DNA from: Anthoceros angustus
Lineage: Eukaryota; Plantae; Anthocerotophyta
Assembly: GCA_010909165.1 (NCBI GenBank)
Contig: MU008151.1
Span: 1,054,001-1,118,000 of the forward strand
Reading direction: 5' to 3'
DNA length: 64,000 bases
Below are positions 1 to 11,793 of this stretch, one piece after another. The notes under the pieces were generated by a model. That model was given only the letters and a program-made list of their open reading frames with translations, did not search any database and was not told the DNA's origin. Position numbers and translations under genes: made by a program. Positions within the stretch are counted from its first letter, which is position 1; every line of letters starts with the position of its first letter.

Positions 1-666
1 CCACCACTCATTGCATCATTCACGGCTCCCTCGAATCGAGGGTCAAACCCTTGGTCCCTAAAATGGGCCTCATCTTCAATTTCTTCCATGCCCATAGCAA
101 AATCATCCTCGGGATCAGACCTCATTCTCTCAAACATATCAATACACTCGGTCGTGATAACTTGTTCGGAGCGCGACGGAATGGAAAACTCACGGTGAAA
201 GGAATTGAGACTTATCTTGCACGGAGAGCCACACAGCCATTTCGAGATTGTAGGCATGCTTTCAGAAGGACCATGGAATCGAGTAATCGGATGGACATTC
301 TCACCAACAAACTTAACCCCTCTCTCGAAGGACAATAGTTAGTAATCTCGACAAGGGACCCTCCACCAAGGGCAGTCGGGTGTCAACCCTTCTTCTCTTC
401 CGAGCAAATTCAAGAAGACGGGCATCCTCCTTGGATGAAAAGTGCCTTGGCGGTTTGGGAATGGACTTTTCGGCACCAAATATGTCCTCACTATGCACAA
501 GGACACCGTCAACTTTACCATCATCCTGCAGAGGGTGGGTTGCGGTGAACGATGGCTGTTTTAACACGTTGTCGAGTGTACGGCTTGGACATGACTTGCA
601 CAAAGGTGCTTCTTGCCCGTCCAGTGAGGGTTTTCTTTTAGGAGCCATCGCAACAGGAGAAGTCAT
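1..666 (-). pseudogene. N-terminal part of an unidentified, frameshifted gene of the element (basic then acidic region); runs off the window
   Basis: ORF 313-666 (MTSPVAMAPKRKPSLDG...RKRRRVD) continues after frameshifts as VKFVGENVHPITRF...SDPEDDFAMGMEEIEDEAHF. It is preceded by a long T-rich intron-like leader and a minus-strand TATA at 2516-2525. Confidence 0.35.
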
Positions 667-2515
667 GTAACAACGTTGAGATGTACAAACAACATAGGAT
701 AAACGAAAAGAAAGAACTCACATGCGCCTTGAACCGTCCGGATGAGAACTGCTGGAAGGTCTAAAAGTTGATTATCGGCCTGAGACAAGAGAGGATATAA
801 AGGCCCCAAAACACAACTTGGGGCTAGACATTGTTAGAGTTGTTATTCCTTCCACTTTCTTAAGGATGACACATAGAACTGTAAAAATACACCACATATG
901 GGAAAAATAAAGTGAAAACCCTTTTTCAAGTACAACAAGAGTTAGACGTACAAACAACCATAGATGTACAACATATACATCGACCACACAAGTAAAACAA
1001 TCAATCGCTCATTGGACAACAGACTCATCCATGCCACACAACAACACATATTTCTAGATTAGAATCGGAAAACATCCAAAGATGTTGGGAGGCAAACCCT
1101 CAGACGTTGCACACTTCAATACCGCACATAAACACCGGTCTATGAGATTAAGCTCCAAGACATGCACACAATACACCATGCCCAATCCAGATTCACTTTT
1201 CAATAGACACAAGCAGATGAGTGATTACCAAATCTACAAGCGGGTCTTCAACGACAAGCAAAAGAAAGCGTTATCGGATTCGCAAAAGTCAACTTATAAC
1301 GACACAACAAACCACAAACGAGACAACGAAAAATAGATGCAGAGAAGAACAAACAACGCTACACAACGGACAATCAACACTACGAGACAAACAAAGTCAT
1401 TACGAAGTCAAGTAGGATCACATGACAGAAGACAAGAACAAAGTGAGATGATACCATATACAAACCAAAGGACAACAAGGACCATACATAGGGGACACTT
1501 CCAACAAGCAAATAAAAGGATTGTATGAAGGACAAATAAAGATACTATTATCACAAATGCATCGATGAACAAAACTCAACCGCTGCAACACTCAAGCTCT
1601 AAGTCTAAGAAAGTTCGTCGTTTTCATAAAAGGAACGAGGGATCCGTTTCAAAACGGCACCACCATTGACTGGCTTCAACAACAAACACGATGTACAACG
1701 AACAACAACAATACAAAGAACAAGAGGAACGGAGAGCGATCGGCAAAGACAAATCGGATAGCAATTGAGCATCGAGACATCTTCTAGCAATAGACAAGCA
1801 CGCGAAAAGAACAAGATCATCGACGGGGAAAGACACACCGCGATAAGGCCAAGACCGAGCGGGCCGAATACATAACATTGATAAGACCAAAACCGCACAA
1901 ACAACAAGAGCAAAACAATAGACAAGGAGGCAACAGACAACGTAAGCGCAAATGGACAGCGATTTCAAAAGGGAGCGATAGACCTTAACCTTTAATAAAC
2001 CTTGGCCGGTGTCAAAACACCTTGGCCTTGGACTAAGCAACAACCCGGCCTTAGAAGCAAAGACCTTGACCTTCTGAAACCCTTGCCTTCAAAAACAACC
2101 TTCAAAACAGAGCAGCAAACGACCTTTGCCTTCAAAACAAAACTACAGAGACCTTGGCCTTGAAGGCTGGTAAAGGCCTTAGCCTTTGGAGAAGGCTGAA
2201 AGAACTGGGCTCAAAACTTGAACAAAGGCCTTAGCCTAGCATCCTAGAACACCTTGGCCTTAAAGACAACAAAAGGACTTAGCCTTGAGCAGAGCAAACA
2301 ACCTTGGCTCGAAACTAGAACTAGAGCTCCTAAGCCTTGAGCAAAGCTGGATGCACCTTGGCCTACAAAGACAGGCATGCGAAGGCCTTGGCCTTCAAAA
2401 CACAGACGGAATACCTTACCTAAACTAATCAGACGAACGCCTAAGCCCGGAGAGAGGTGGACCACCTAGGCCTTCAAAAGGAAGAAAGAAAAGACCTTGG
2501 GCTTTGGAGAAGCCG

Positions 2516-2790
2516 TTTATATAGGCCACAAACCCTAACCATTCTCCTCCGCCGCCTACCGCTCTCTCTACCAAACTGATTTGAATTAATCAACCTAACA
2601 TTCCGAGAATCCAAACCTACGTGGGCCATTCACGCCGCCTGCTTCAACCAAACCTAGGTTGGATTCCAAACCTAGCCTAACCGCACAAACCTAATCTCCG
2701 AGCTCAAGGCCGGGCGAAGTCAAGCTACCGCCAACCATGCATCGCCACGCGCCACCGAACCATCTAGAACCCTAAGTTTTGTATTTAAAC
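2516..2790. promoter_or_regulatory. Putative bidirectional promoter with minus-strand TATA, telo-box and site II-like motif
   Basis: TTTATATAGG 2516-2525 (CCTATATAAA on minus), AAACCCTAA 2530-2538, TGGGCC near 2622, plus-strand TATTTAAA near 2782. The same layout occurs at 34522-34800. Confidence 0.45.
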
Positions 2791-3849
2791 AAAGCATACA
2801 GGGTTGCTCACTGCCCAACACGCCGCCAGTGCTCTTCACAAGTCGATCTTGACGACCTTTGGCGGTGCATCCGTTCGATCGCGCCGAGTGTGTTCACGTT
2901 TGGCTGGTGTCCTGGGAAGCTCAATCGGCTCCACTTCCCTTCATCTAGGTCGCCCACCACACGTCGATGGGCTCTTTTCGATCGCCTAGTCTTGGTTCCT
3001 TTCAATTGCATGTGTCATTCAATTGCACTCTCCGATATTGGTTCTGCTGGGAACCATCTCATCAAGTTCATGCCCACACCCGGCATCCCACGCTTAGCTC
3101 GCCACCAATTGGACAGTTCGCTTTTGGCTTCCTCCGAGGTGCGACGTCCTACCTCCTCTACTCGCCAGATGTCCAAATTGTCATTGAGTTCCACCACACG
3201 CTTCATGCAGGATCTCCCTCCCGGGCTTTTGGATCCGACCATGTTCTGCCTTGCACCAAGGGTTAGCCGGAAAAGTTCTCTTGTGGGTTATGGTGCTCTT
3301 CCTTTGTTCCCACCCGTCGATCACATCCTGCTTGTGTCTTTGCATACCACGCTGACTGTGGGTTGCTCTCTTGGTCTTGTTTTTCTCGTCATTGTTTTAC
3401 TACATGCCTTGTCCCTTCTACCCACATGGCTTGTCCCCGCCAGTTCCACTCTCTCCTTGGTGTCCGATTGCATCCGAGTACGAGTTTCACGTTGCTTGGT
3501 ATCGAGGTGTAAGCCGAGAGGCTCTTTGCCCGCTTTGCCATAGTTGTCACACACCAGCCCTCTTTTCGTGTTGGCGCATGTGACGATTACTCAAGTTTCT
3601 CTGACTGAAAAGGACCAAGAAATCTCTTGGTCTCCCACATCCTCATTAGTTGGGCATGATTGGTAAACGCATGGAGTTTTGATGGGCTAGTGTTTTCAAT
3701 GCTACATTTGTCATGCACTTAATAAACTCACGACCTCTCCTCCTGAATTCGACAGCCAAAGGTCACGCAAGAAGGCGCCATCCTAGTGTATCGTCCGTCA
3801 CAATAATTCTATGGTCATTTCAACGAGGTGTCCGGAGGGTTGCTAGAAA

Positions 3850-5700
3850 CTAATGCATGATTGGGTTGACCAAGGAGGTAAGGGGTCTGCGCAAAAGAGT
3901 CTCGTTCTTGAAGTCTTTTGAACAACTATCCTCGTAAAACATGCAATCTTGTGTGCGAGTTTGAGAACATATTCGCTTGTTGCTTCCAACAAGTTCGGAT
4001 TGGTGATGACGCTTTTAACAAAATTGATGCGGATCTTAACAATTGGTTTCGCGTGAAGCATAAAACGATCGTGGACGGTAATACCTTGCTCAACCCGCTG
4101 TCGCTTTGCGCACGCCTCACTGATTCGACTTTGTCTTCACTATGATAAGTGTTCATGGCTTTTCATTTGAATCGATGGAATCGACAACTAAAGCAATAAC
4201 GATTTTCAAATCCAAGAAGGTACTTGATTGCTACGATTATACGCTTTACTTTGCTTTTACTTTTACTTTTACTTATATCTATGTGTCAACCCTCAGACAG
4301 AACTCATGACGCCACCGTGAGCGCCATTCGACAAATTACTTCCCACCCATGGGGATCCAGGATATGACGCTAACGCAGAGTTTGAACCACCAACTGGAGA
4401 TAAGAAAGATCGTAGAAAAAGGTATTCGGAAAAATGATTGTTAGTCCCAGATATTCTCGCTGGTCGAGTCTAACAAAACCCGGGTTTGTCCGCGAGCACA
4501 CAATGTTCTCGTGATGGACAAACAAGACCTTAAGCATCTTTGAGATGCCCATTGAATAAGATAAAGAAGGTAACTTTTCCTATTTCATAAACTTGATCTA
4601 AGTATGCTCAATCCAAAATCTTAACCCTAAATTTATCTCTGCAGGATATAAAAAGAACAACAACAATTCAATTGAACCTGAAACGTACACACTTGTGGAA
4701 AGGTTTAATGGACACCGATTTTCAATGCAAACAATGTTGGAGGGATATCAAAGTTCCATCCAGATCGGAGGTAATCAAATTAACATTCATACCTTCTTTG
4801 CTTCTTCACATTTACCTTCTTATAACTTGGCATTACAGAATCTTTGGAAAACAAGTCGCCGCAAAAAATATAAAGGACAAAGTCGATAGATTGACAACAA
4901 CATTGACAACGGCCATCTCCAATCGTATACAAAATGTATTTTGTATTTAATTTGTTTTAATATGATTTTGGTTTAAGAAAGTAATGATTTTGGTTTTGAT
5001 CGTGCAAAAGAGAAAATAGATGACTTCATGGAGAATGGACCAACTTACGTCACAAGAGTTCACCGAGTTTGGAAAGTGGATGAGCAATTTTCAATATCCA
5101 CCACTTTTCAAGACTTTAAATAAGTATCGCAATTTGGGAGCATAGTCTAAAAGAGCAAGCACAGCCCATCTTGAATGAAGATGGGTCCAACCCAACATTC
5201 GAGCAAAAGACAGAGATCCAAGCAAGTCAATAACTTTTCTCTTTCTTATTTTTTTACATATAATCTATGTAATGTAATTGTATGCATTGAATGCGTAGAT
5301 AGGGGCAGCAATTGAAAATAAGGAGTTGAAAACCAGACTTGTTGTCTCTCATGGAAGAACCAGAGACAACTAAAAATATTCAAAAGGTACATCGCTTTGA
5401 AAGATAATATCCGCTTGCATTCCAAGATGAATTCTAATGTTTTATGTTTCTTCGTAACATACGATCACATTTCAGTGTGAATCTTCACAAAGACGTGTTT
5501 AACGCTTGTCGAAAAGGTATATGCAAAGAAAGATCTTCTCCGAATTGAAATGGAGGTAAATGACTAATTACTTTTACTTTTTGTTTGTAGTTATCGGAGA
5601 ATCAAAACGAGTTGTTTTCACTCTTTGAGGTGAGTACTAAAGTTAAAAACAAATATGTTTTATATATGAATTCGACAATGGTTTAAATTGCGTAAATATT
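3850..5700 (+). pseudogene. Decayed multi-exon gene with short introns, product unidentified
   Basis: Series of GT...AG AT-rich introns of about 60-100 bp, e.g. AAG|GTACTT...CTCAG, AAG|GTAACT...CTGCAG, AAG|GTACAT...TTTCAG, GAG|GTAAAT...TTGTAG, GAG|GTGAGT. The exons contain stops. Confidence 0.5.
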
Positions 5701-6127
5701 CTCGCTTGGATGAAATATTCAAATGATTATACATTTATCTGGACCATACAATCAGCAGCTCAAAAGTACTATTCTCAAGAGAAAACACTGAACCATTTTA
5801 CACTCCATCTACTCCAATAGAAGATGAGTAGAATTTACCAAAACTATTTGAATTACCTTACGACAAAAGGAAGGTAATGCTTTTATTGTGTAAAAGGATT
5901 CAAAACGAAAAAAGAAATGAGAAATGACCGTAAGAGAGAGAGAAATGACATATAAGATGGGTGGTTTAGGCACCAAGTCACAGTTCACAGACTCCCGCCT
6001 CCCGCCCCTCCGCAATGGTTGGCGCTGCCCGACTCACCGCCGCCTCACGCCTGTGAACGGGCGCCAAGACGGCCTAGAACGCCCTCGCCTCACGACCGCT
6101 CGCCGTGACGCCTCCGTCTGCTCCCTA

Positions 6128-6990
6128 CACATGGCACTCCCCATCAGAGGGGACGAGGGCATGGCACCTCACCGAGGGAGGGGAGGTGCACCCCACGCGA
6201 GTGTGAAGGAGAAGTCCGGACGTTAAGGTAGCACGAAGGTAACAAGGGTATGTATACTACATGTATGTATGTGGGTAGTATGTAGACTGTGGGTGGCCCT
6301 ACATGGCAGGATGTAGGGTAAGGTGACTCTAATCTGCAGGTAACTAGGTAGACAGATGGCAGGTAGATGTAGGGTGAGGTTCTCACCGTAGGGAGTGGCG
6401 AGTCTCCCACCGTAGGGGAGGGATGAGGTCCCCTACCGTAGGGAGTGGCGAGGTCCCCACCGTGAGGGAGGACGTAGGCATGGCACTCCCCACCGAGGAG
6501 GGGAGGTGCACCCCACGGGAGTGTGTAGGGCGGAGAAGTCCGGACAGGTTGTAGTACGTAGGGTAGTAATGTGAAGTAACAAGGGTATGTATGTATGTGG
6601 GCAGCAGTAGGGTGACTGGTGGCCCTACATGGGCAGGATGTAGGGTGACTCACCAAAGAACTGGGTAGGCAGAGTAGGTAGGGTAGATAGGCAGGCAGGT
6701 GAATGGGTAGGGTGAGAGTGTCTCCCTCACCGTAGGGAGTGATGAGGTCTCCCACCGTGGGAGTGGCGAGGTCTCCCACCGTGAGGGAGGGAGCGAGGTC
6801 TCCCTACCGAGGAGTGGCGAGGTCTCCCTACCGAGGGAGTGGCGAGGTCTCCCACCGTGAGTGAGCCCCACTGGGGAGTGGCGGTCCCCACCGTAGGGAG
6901 GGCGAGTCTCCCACCGTAGGGAGTGGTCTCCCACCGAGGGAGTGGCGAGGTCTCCCGTAGGGAGTGTGAGGTCTCCCCACGTGGGCAGCT
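6128..6990 (+). repeat. Minisatellite of about 21-22-bp units (GGGAGTGGCGAGGTCTCCCACCGT) within a ~350-bp higher-order duplication
   Basis: More than 12 near-identical units at 6385-6470 and 6720-6980. The ATGGCACTCCCC...GGAGAAGTCCGGAC block is present twice (about 6130 and 6480). Confidence 0.9.
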
Positions 6991-9094
6991 GGGCGACTAG
7001 AAGTTGTTAAAGAGGACAGATATGCAACATGGGAAGTTGTTAAAGAGGATCAGATATGCAACATGGCAAGGAATCGATACCTATATCAAGGAGTTTCACC
7101 GTCACTACTAAAGGGCCATGCAAGCTGGGTGTGTAGGTGGCACCAGGGAAGCCCGCGAGGAATCGCGAGGAAGAGCTTGTGCATTAGGGAGTGACACCTA
7201 GGAAGCTGAGGAATCGCGAGAAGAGCTTGTGCATGCAAGGAAAGCTAGAGCAAGGACTTGGTGAGAACGCGGCCCGTGTGTGCAAGGAGAAGGAGGTGCG
7301 TGCATAAGGAGTTGTGTGTGGGGATTTGAAGCACGACTGTGAAGAGGGCAAGGCGCTGATTTTGTGCCTAACCTTGCAAGTGAGGGATTTGAAGCATAAG
7401 GAGTCAGAGGCCGTGAGGACATCAAGTTTGAGCTAGGTGGGACCGTGGAGGAAGAGGAAGTAAGTGGAAAAGGGCTGAAGTTGCTCTCTTGGTGGATTTT
7501 GTGTGGCGAGGAAGAAAGCTTGCAATTGGGGAGAAACCGAGGGAGTGAGAAGAGCCCAACACATCCGGCTGTATATGGAAGGCAGAGAGGATGACTCGAG
7601 GAGGAAGAGGAAGGCATGGAGCAAGATCCGCCACGGGAGACCTTCTTGCAAAGAGAGCGTGGAGGCGAGGGCCATAAGAAGTGACCCACGTCCGTAGGGA
7701 GGTGTAGAGGGTGGCCCCACATCCGTAGGGATCACCAGGTGCGACATCTAGAGGTAATTGAAGAGGTGGTGGTAGCTTGGAGTGGGCTCATTGCTTGGGG
7801 AGACTTTCTTTAGAGGAGGACAGATTAATGCTTGTCAACCCAAGAGGGTGTTGACTAGCTAGATAGGAATGTTGACAGAGCCATTAAGGCTCACTAGGTG
7901 AAGTTTGCTAGAATAGAATTTTACCCAAGATGCTTGGATGTCGAACTTAAAGTCCGACAAGAGGATACACTAGAATAAGGAGTGAGGCTGTGAGGGCGCG
8001 CTGTGGGAGGTTGTATGTGAGGACCTCCCTAAAAGGAGGGAGCTTGTGAAGTAAAATTATCGGTCTGCGCCCCAAACCGCGAGTCCTTTGCTCCTTGTGA
8101 AGGAAGTTCGTGCTACCGCAAGCTAACGAAGGCCGTAGAGAGGGAGTTTGCGTGGTCGGAGTTTGGAGAGCTCGCCCTCGGGCGCCCGCAGTTGCTCCTT
8201 GTGAATGGTTGCCGGAAATTGCTTTGCTTTGGGTGTGTGGCGATGCCCAAGGAACTCTCGGCTTGAGGGTAGACTACAGGAAAGACTCGGAGGTTCTCGT
8301 CGGTGCAAACTCATAGCAACCCCGCCCAAGGAAGAACTTGTTGGCTTGTAGGCAGGCACTGTGCGCCAGCTGCAGGGGCGAGCTAGGCTGAGCTTGAAGT
8401 AAGGTTAGATTAGGAGGATGAGGAGTTGAGTTGAGGTGAGTGTTGAGGAGAATGTGGAGCTGAATGTTGAGTAGAGGAGTAGGTAGAGATTAGAGTAAGA
8501 AGAAGGCCCAAGTCGAGCCTAAGGGAGGGGTCCCAACCGCACCAAACCGAGACCGGAAGCTAAGGTCTCAAAATCACGGGTGGAGAAGTCGCTACCAGTA
8601 GGGGGTCCCTACGCGAGACGGGACCTGGACCATAGGGTGGGACCCACGATCGAGGATGTCGCTGTAGGTCCAGAGTGGTGATTCCGACGAGCAAGGCGGG
8701 AGTGGCGCCGCCGAGTTGGTGGTTGAGGTGTGCCAATTGTGGGAAGGCGGGGAAAGGAATAGTGGACGATCACGGGTGGTGAAGTCGCTGCAACGTAGGG
8801 GGTCCCTACGCGTAGTCACCGACCCACCGCTGTGGGTGTGGACCATAGTCGAGGGGTGTCGCTGTAGGTCTAGAAGCGTGATTGACGGAGCAAGATGGTG
8901 AGGCGTGGCTGTCTGTGGAGTGAGTTGAAGTTGCTCCACTGTGAGGGAGCTTGGGTGTGAAGAGGCGGTGGTTTGTGCCTTGATGCCGGTGACCGACAAA
9001 CAAGAGTCTCATGGGACAAAACCTATTGTACTTAGCGACAAGGATAAGTGTGGCCACTAGAGGGTGAATCTAAGCCCCGGGTTTTCCTCCCACA
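6128..9094 (+). mobile_element. Large LTR-like unit (family B), 5' part truncated, ending CCCACA
   Basis: The 3' end TCTCATGGGACAAAACC...GGATAAGTGTGGC...CCCCGGGTTTTCCTCCCACA and internal blocks match the reverse complement of 53637-54600. It abuts the truncated 5' LTR of element A. Confidence 0.6.
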
Positions 9095-10187
9095 ACGGGC
9101 TGATCGGCAGCCCCTCTCGCCACAAGAGGGCGGGAGATCCCTGGATGGTCGAGAGCCGAGTGACCAAGCTCCGTGATCCGGGGTGACTAGTGGTGAAGGG
9201 TGCTCAATGCATGCGGAGAGGGAAATTCCTGGGACCGGGAGATCACGCAGTGTAATCGCACTGTGGAGCCGACTCAAATGCTTTTTTTCCTTTCCCAACC
9301 CGTCCAACCTGCATTGTGGTCTAATCCCAAGGAAGGGTCTGGTGGCCCAAGGTGAGGTTTGTGGCCTGAGGAGGGGTCTGTGGTGGCCCAAGGAGGAGTG
9401 TGTGGCCCAAGGTGAGGTCTGGTGGCCCAAGGTGAGGTCCAGTGTGGCCCGAGGAGGGGTCCGTGTGGCCCAAGGAGGGGTCCGTGGCCCAAGGAGGGGT
9501 CTGTGTGGCCCAAGGAGGGGTCCGGTGGGGTCTGTGGTGGCCCAAGGAGGGGTTGTGTGGCCCAAGAGAGGTCTGTGGTGGCCCGAGAGGAGGACTGTGG
9601 GAACATCTTGTGCGCGTGGTGTATGAGGTCCCAAGAAAGGGGTGAGTGAGTCGCTGTGTGAAGAGGAGTCTAGGAAGTGGTGAGCGCGAGAGTCCGGAAA
9701 ATGCGAACGCCGAGGAAGGTTGGGAATAGAGGAAATCGAGGTGAGGTGTCACGGCGGTGGCCATGGTGCATCCACCGTTGAGCTCGTGTGAATCCACATG
9801 AGTGTGACTTGGTGTACATGTGAACTGTGGTGCATAGGACCATAGCCCTTAACGAGCGTGAGGGAACCGCGCCAAATAGTCGACGCGACTGGGTGGCGCG
9901 CGGCCGGGTGGGGTCCCACCAGGGGTTGATCGCCACCGCTGGGAACCCACCACGGCGTGGCGGAACCCACCACTACGTGGTGAATCCACCACGTGGTCGA
10001 ACTTCCACGGCCGTGGCCTGGATACTGAAGTTGATTATGGCGGTAGGAACTGATTGTAGGAGGACTAGAATCCATAGTTTTAGAACATCTTGACACAAAA
10101 CCATTCCCTTGGGATCGAATCCTAGGACTATAACGACATAGAGGGTAAATGTGGCCTCTTTGCCTTGGATGCAAAACCCATTCCACA
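9095..10187 (+). repeat. 5' LTR of element A (3' half only)
   Basis: Direct repeat of about 12893-13886; ends GCAAAACCCATTCCACA; contains a GTGGCCCAAGGAGGGGTC array at about 9335-9595. Confidence 0.85.
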
Positions 10188-10190
10188 TTT

Positions 10191-10208
10191 TGGCGCTGCT
10201 GTCGGGAA
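10191..10208 (+). promoter_or_regulatory. Primer-binding site, tRNA-Asp-like
   Basis: TGGCGCTGCTGTCGGGAA lies 3 nt after the LTR; 14/18 match to the Athila-type tRNA-Asp PBS TGGCGCCGTTGCCGGGGA. Confidence 0.7.
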
Positions 10209-10589
10209 TGAAACGCCGATTATAGGAAAGACTAACCATAGCTTAGGTGTCTAGTCTTTGAGTGTATTTAGTTTGGTAGATGGATGCCACGAGTTGAGTC
10301 TGAGGATCAGAGTCAAGTCGGAAGAGAAGCCTCAAGCGGCGCCAAGCATGGAAAGGTTGAAAAGGGTTGCGGATCGGGAGTTGAGGAGGACCCAAGAGGA
10401 CGACTTGCCGGAAGGAAGGAGGGAATCAACCGGATTCGGGGTCCGATCTTGTTGGAGCAAGATCCCCAATCTCCGGGTCTTGGACGAGGTACCACGGCCG
10501 AGGAACCTTGGTCCAAACTTGTCTTCGACCTCTTCCAGGTGTGCAATCAATGGCCAATCAACCACCCATGCGCATCAATCACCACGATA

Positions 10590-11540
10590 GTCATGTCCAC
10601 CACTGGTGGTCACCACCAAGCAACCTTACCTGTATGGAGAGGAAAGGGTATGAGGATCCCGATGAATTTGTTGAGCTTTGAGCAGACATTTGCAAACCAG
10701 AATCGATGCCGTGATTCAACTGCTCTATGGAGTTCTTCGGGCGGTCCAAAGAAGTGGTACGCGAGTACCTCAAGTCACCACACCCCAACCACCTTTGAAG
10801 AATTGAAGAATGCCTTCCGAGAGGTTTAGGGGATTGACATGGAGGGCTACGTGTTGTCCAAGCTTGAGAGGTTACAAAGAGAGAGGAAGGAAACCTTGCA
10901 AGCGTATGTTGAGAGGTTTCACACCACGGATCGTAGTGGTCCTCATTCGAGTTGCAGCAATACGGTGGTTCGCTAAAGGCCTGGTTCTAAGATGGGGAGA
11001 CACGTAAGGTGGCAAGCGGAGAAGAATTTGGGCAAGGCTATCAAGGCGCTTAAATTACGAGGAATCTAACTCGCAGGAGATGAAGAAGGCTAAGAAGGAT
11101 GAAGAAGTCCAAAACGGGAAAAGAAAGGGATTCCTCATCGCCCCAGAAAGTTCCTGAGAGGAAAGCTCCTCAAGATTCCCAGAGGATTCCATGGAGGAAG
11201 AAACGAGTGACTTGGAGGAAGATTCACGATGGGGAGCGCCGGGAGGAAAAAGAAGAAATCAAGGGTGAAGTGGAAGGGAAGAAGAGCTGCAGGGGAACAA
11301 AGAGTCATGAGGGCGAAACAAGAGGCGCTAGTATGCAAAAAGATGCGGAGCAAGCAAGGGAGGCCGAGGCAACCAAGAAAGTGGAACAACATGTATGGAG
11401 GGCGAGAGGGCCAAACCCAATTCAAGAGGGGAAGGGAGACGAGATGGCCTCGAATGAGAAGGGAGAAAGAGCTTCACAAAATCGACGATCTGGAAATTTG
11501 TGAGTATCCGGCACCGCCAAATTCCTCAAAACCTCTCTAA
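10590..11540 (+). pseudogene. gag: Decayed retrotransposon gag
   Basis: LPVWRGKG...LLSFEQTFANQ...KKWYAS...TPTTFEELKNAFREV fits the Retrotrans_gag pattern. A K/E-rich tail follows, with a possible decayed zinc knuckle (EICEYP). Confidence 0.65.
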
Positions 11541-11759
11541 GGTACAAAGAATGCGTCATTTACTCGCGACCGCTCGTAAGACACAAGACCAAGTTATATC
11601 GAATGGGACGGACGGTAAAAAACGTTATGGGTGACGACCGAAAGGTGGATGGGTCCGCTCGGTCCCGGAGGTTTTCCACAATGGTTCCATCCACCGCAGA
11701 TTTGAATGAGTCGCTTTGCCAACCGAGTTGGTTGGCGAGTTGAAAAGTATTATCAATAA

Positions 11760-11793
11760 GTTGGCGAGGACGCCAACAAATGAGAAGGGAGTA
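11760..11793 (+). promoter_or_regulatory. Hairpin plus polypurine tract immediately before the 3' LTR
   Basis: GTTGGCG-AGGA-CGCCAAC (perfect 7-bp stem, 11760-11777), then AAATGAGAAGGGAGTA, then TGTGGAA. Confidence 0.75.

Larger units (their letters stand above)
1..6127 (-). mobile_element. Partial copy of the putative Helitron2/HLE2-like family (5' end near 6127; continues beyond the window start)
   Basis: Right end GTGACGCCTCCGTCTGCTCCCT (6105-6126) matches GTGACGCCCATGCTTGTCTGCTCCCT at the end of 32336-37673. The CCGCCTCCCGCC subterminal motif is shared. The promoter block 2516-2790 resembles 34522-34800. No Rep/helicase motifs are visible inside the window. Confidence 0.45.

Noticed and set aside
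2530-2538. AAACCCTAA as an interstitial telomere
   Set aside because: Single units beside TATA boxes; consistent with telo-box promoter motifs.
2779-3543. 254-aa plus-strand ORF as a real gene
   Set aside because: Non-ATG start, L/S-rich composition and no recognisable domain; more likely leader or intron sequence.
6385-6985. Palindromic repeat array as a CRISPR locus
   Set aside because: Units are contiguous with no unique spacers, there are no cas genes, and the context is eukaryotic TE sequence.
9330-9600. GTGGCCCAAGG array as CRISPR or as a repetitive protein gene (ORFs 9032-9634, 9183-9626)
   Set aside because: It is a minisatellite inside an LTR; the ORFs are stop-free by-products of the repeat.
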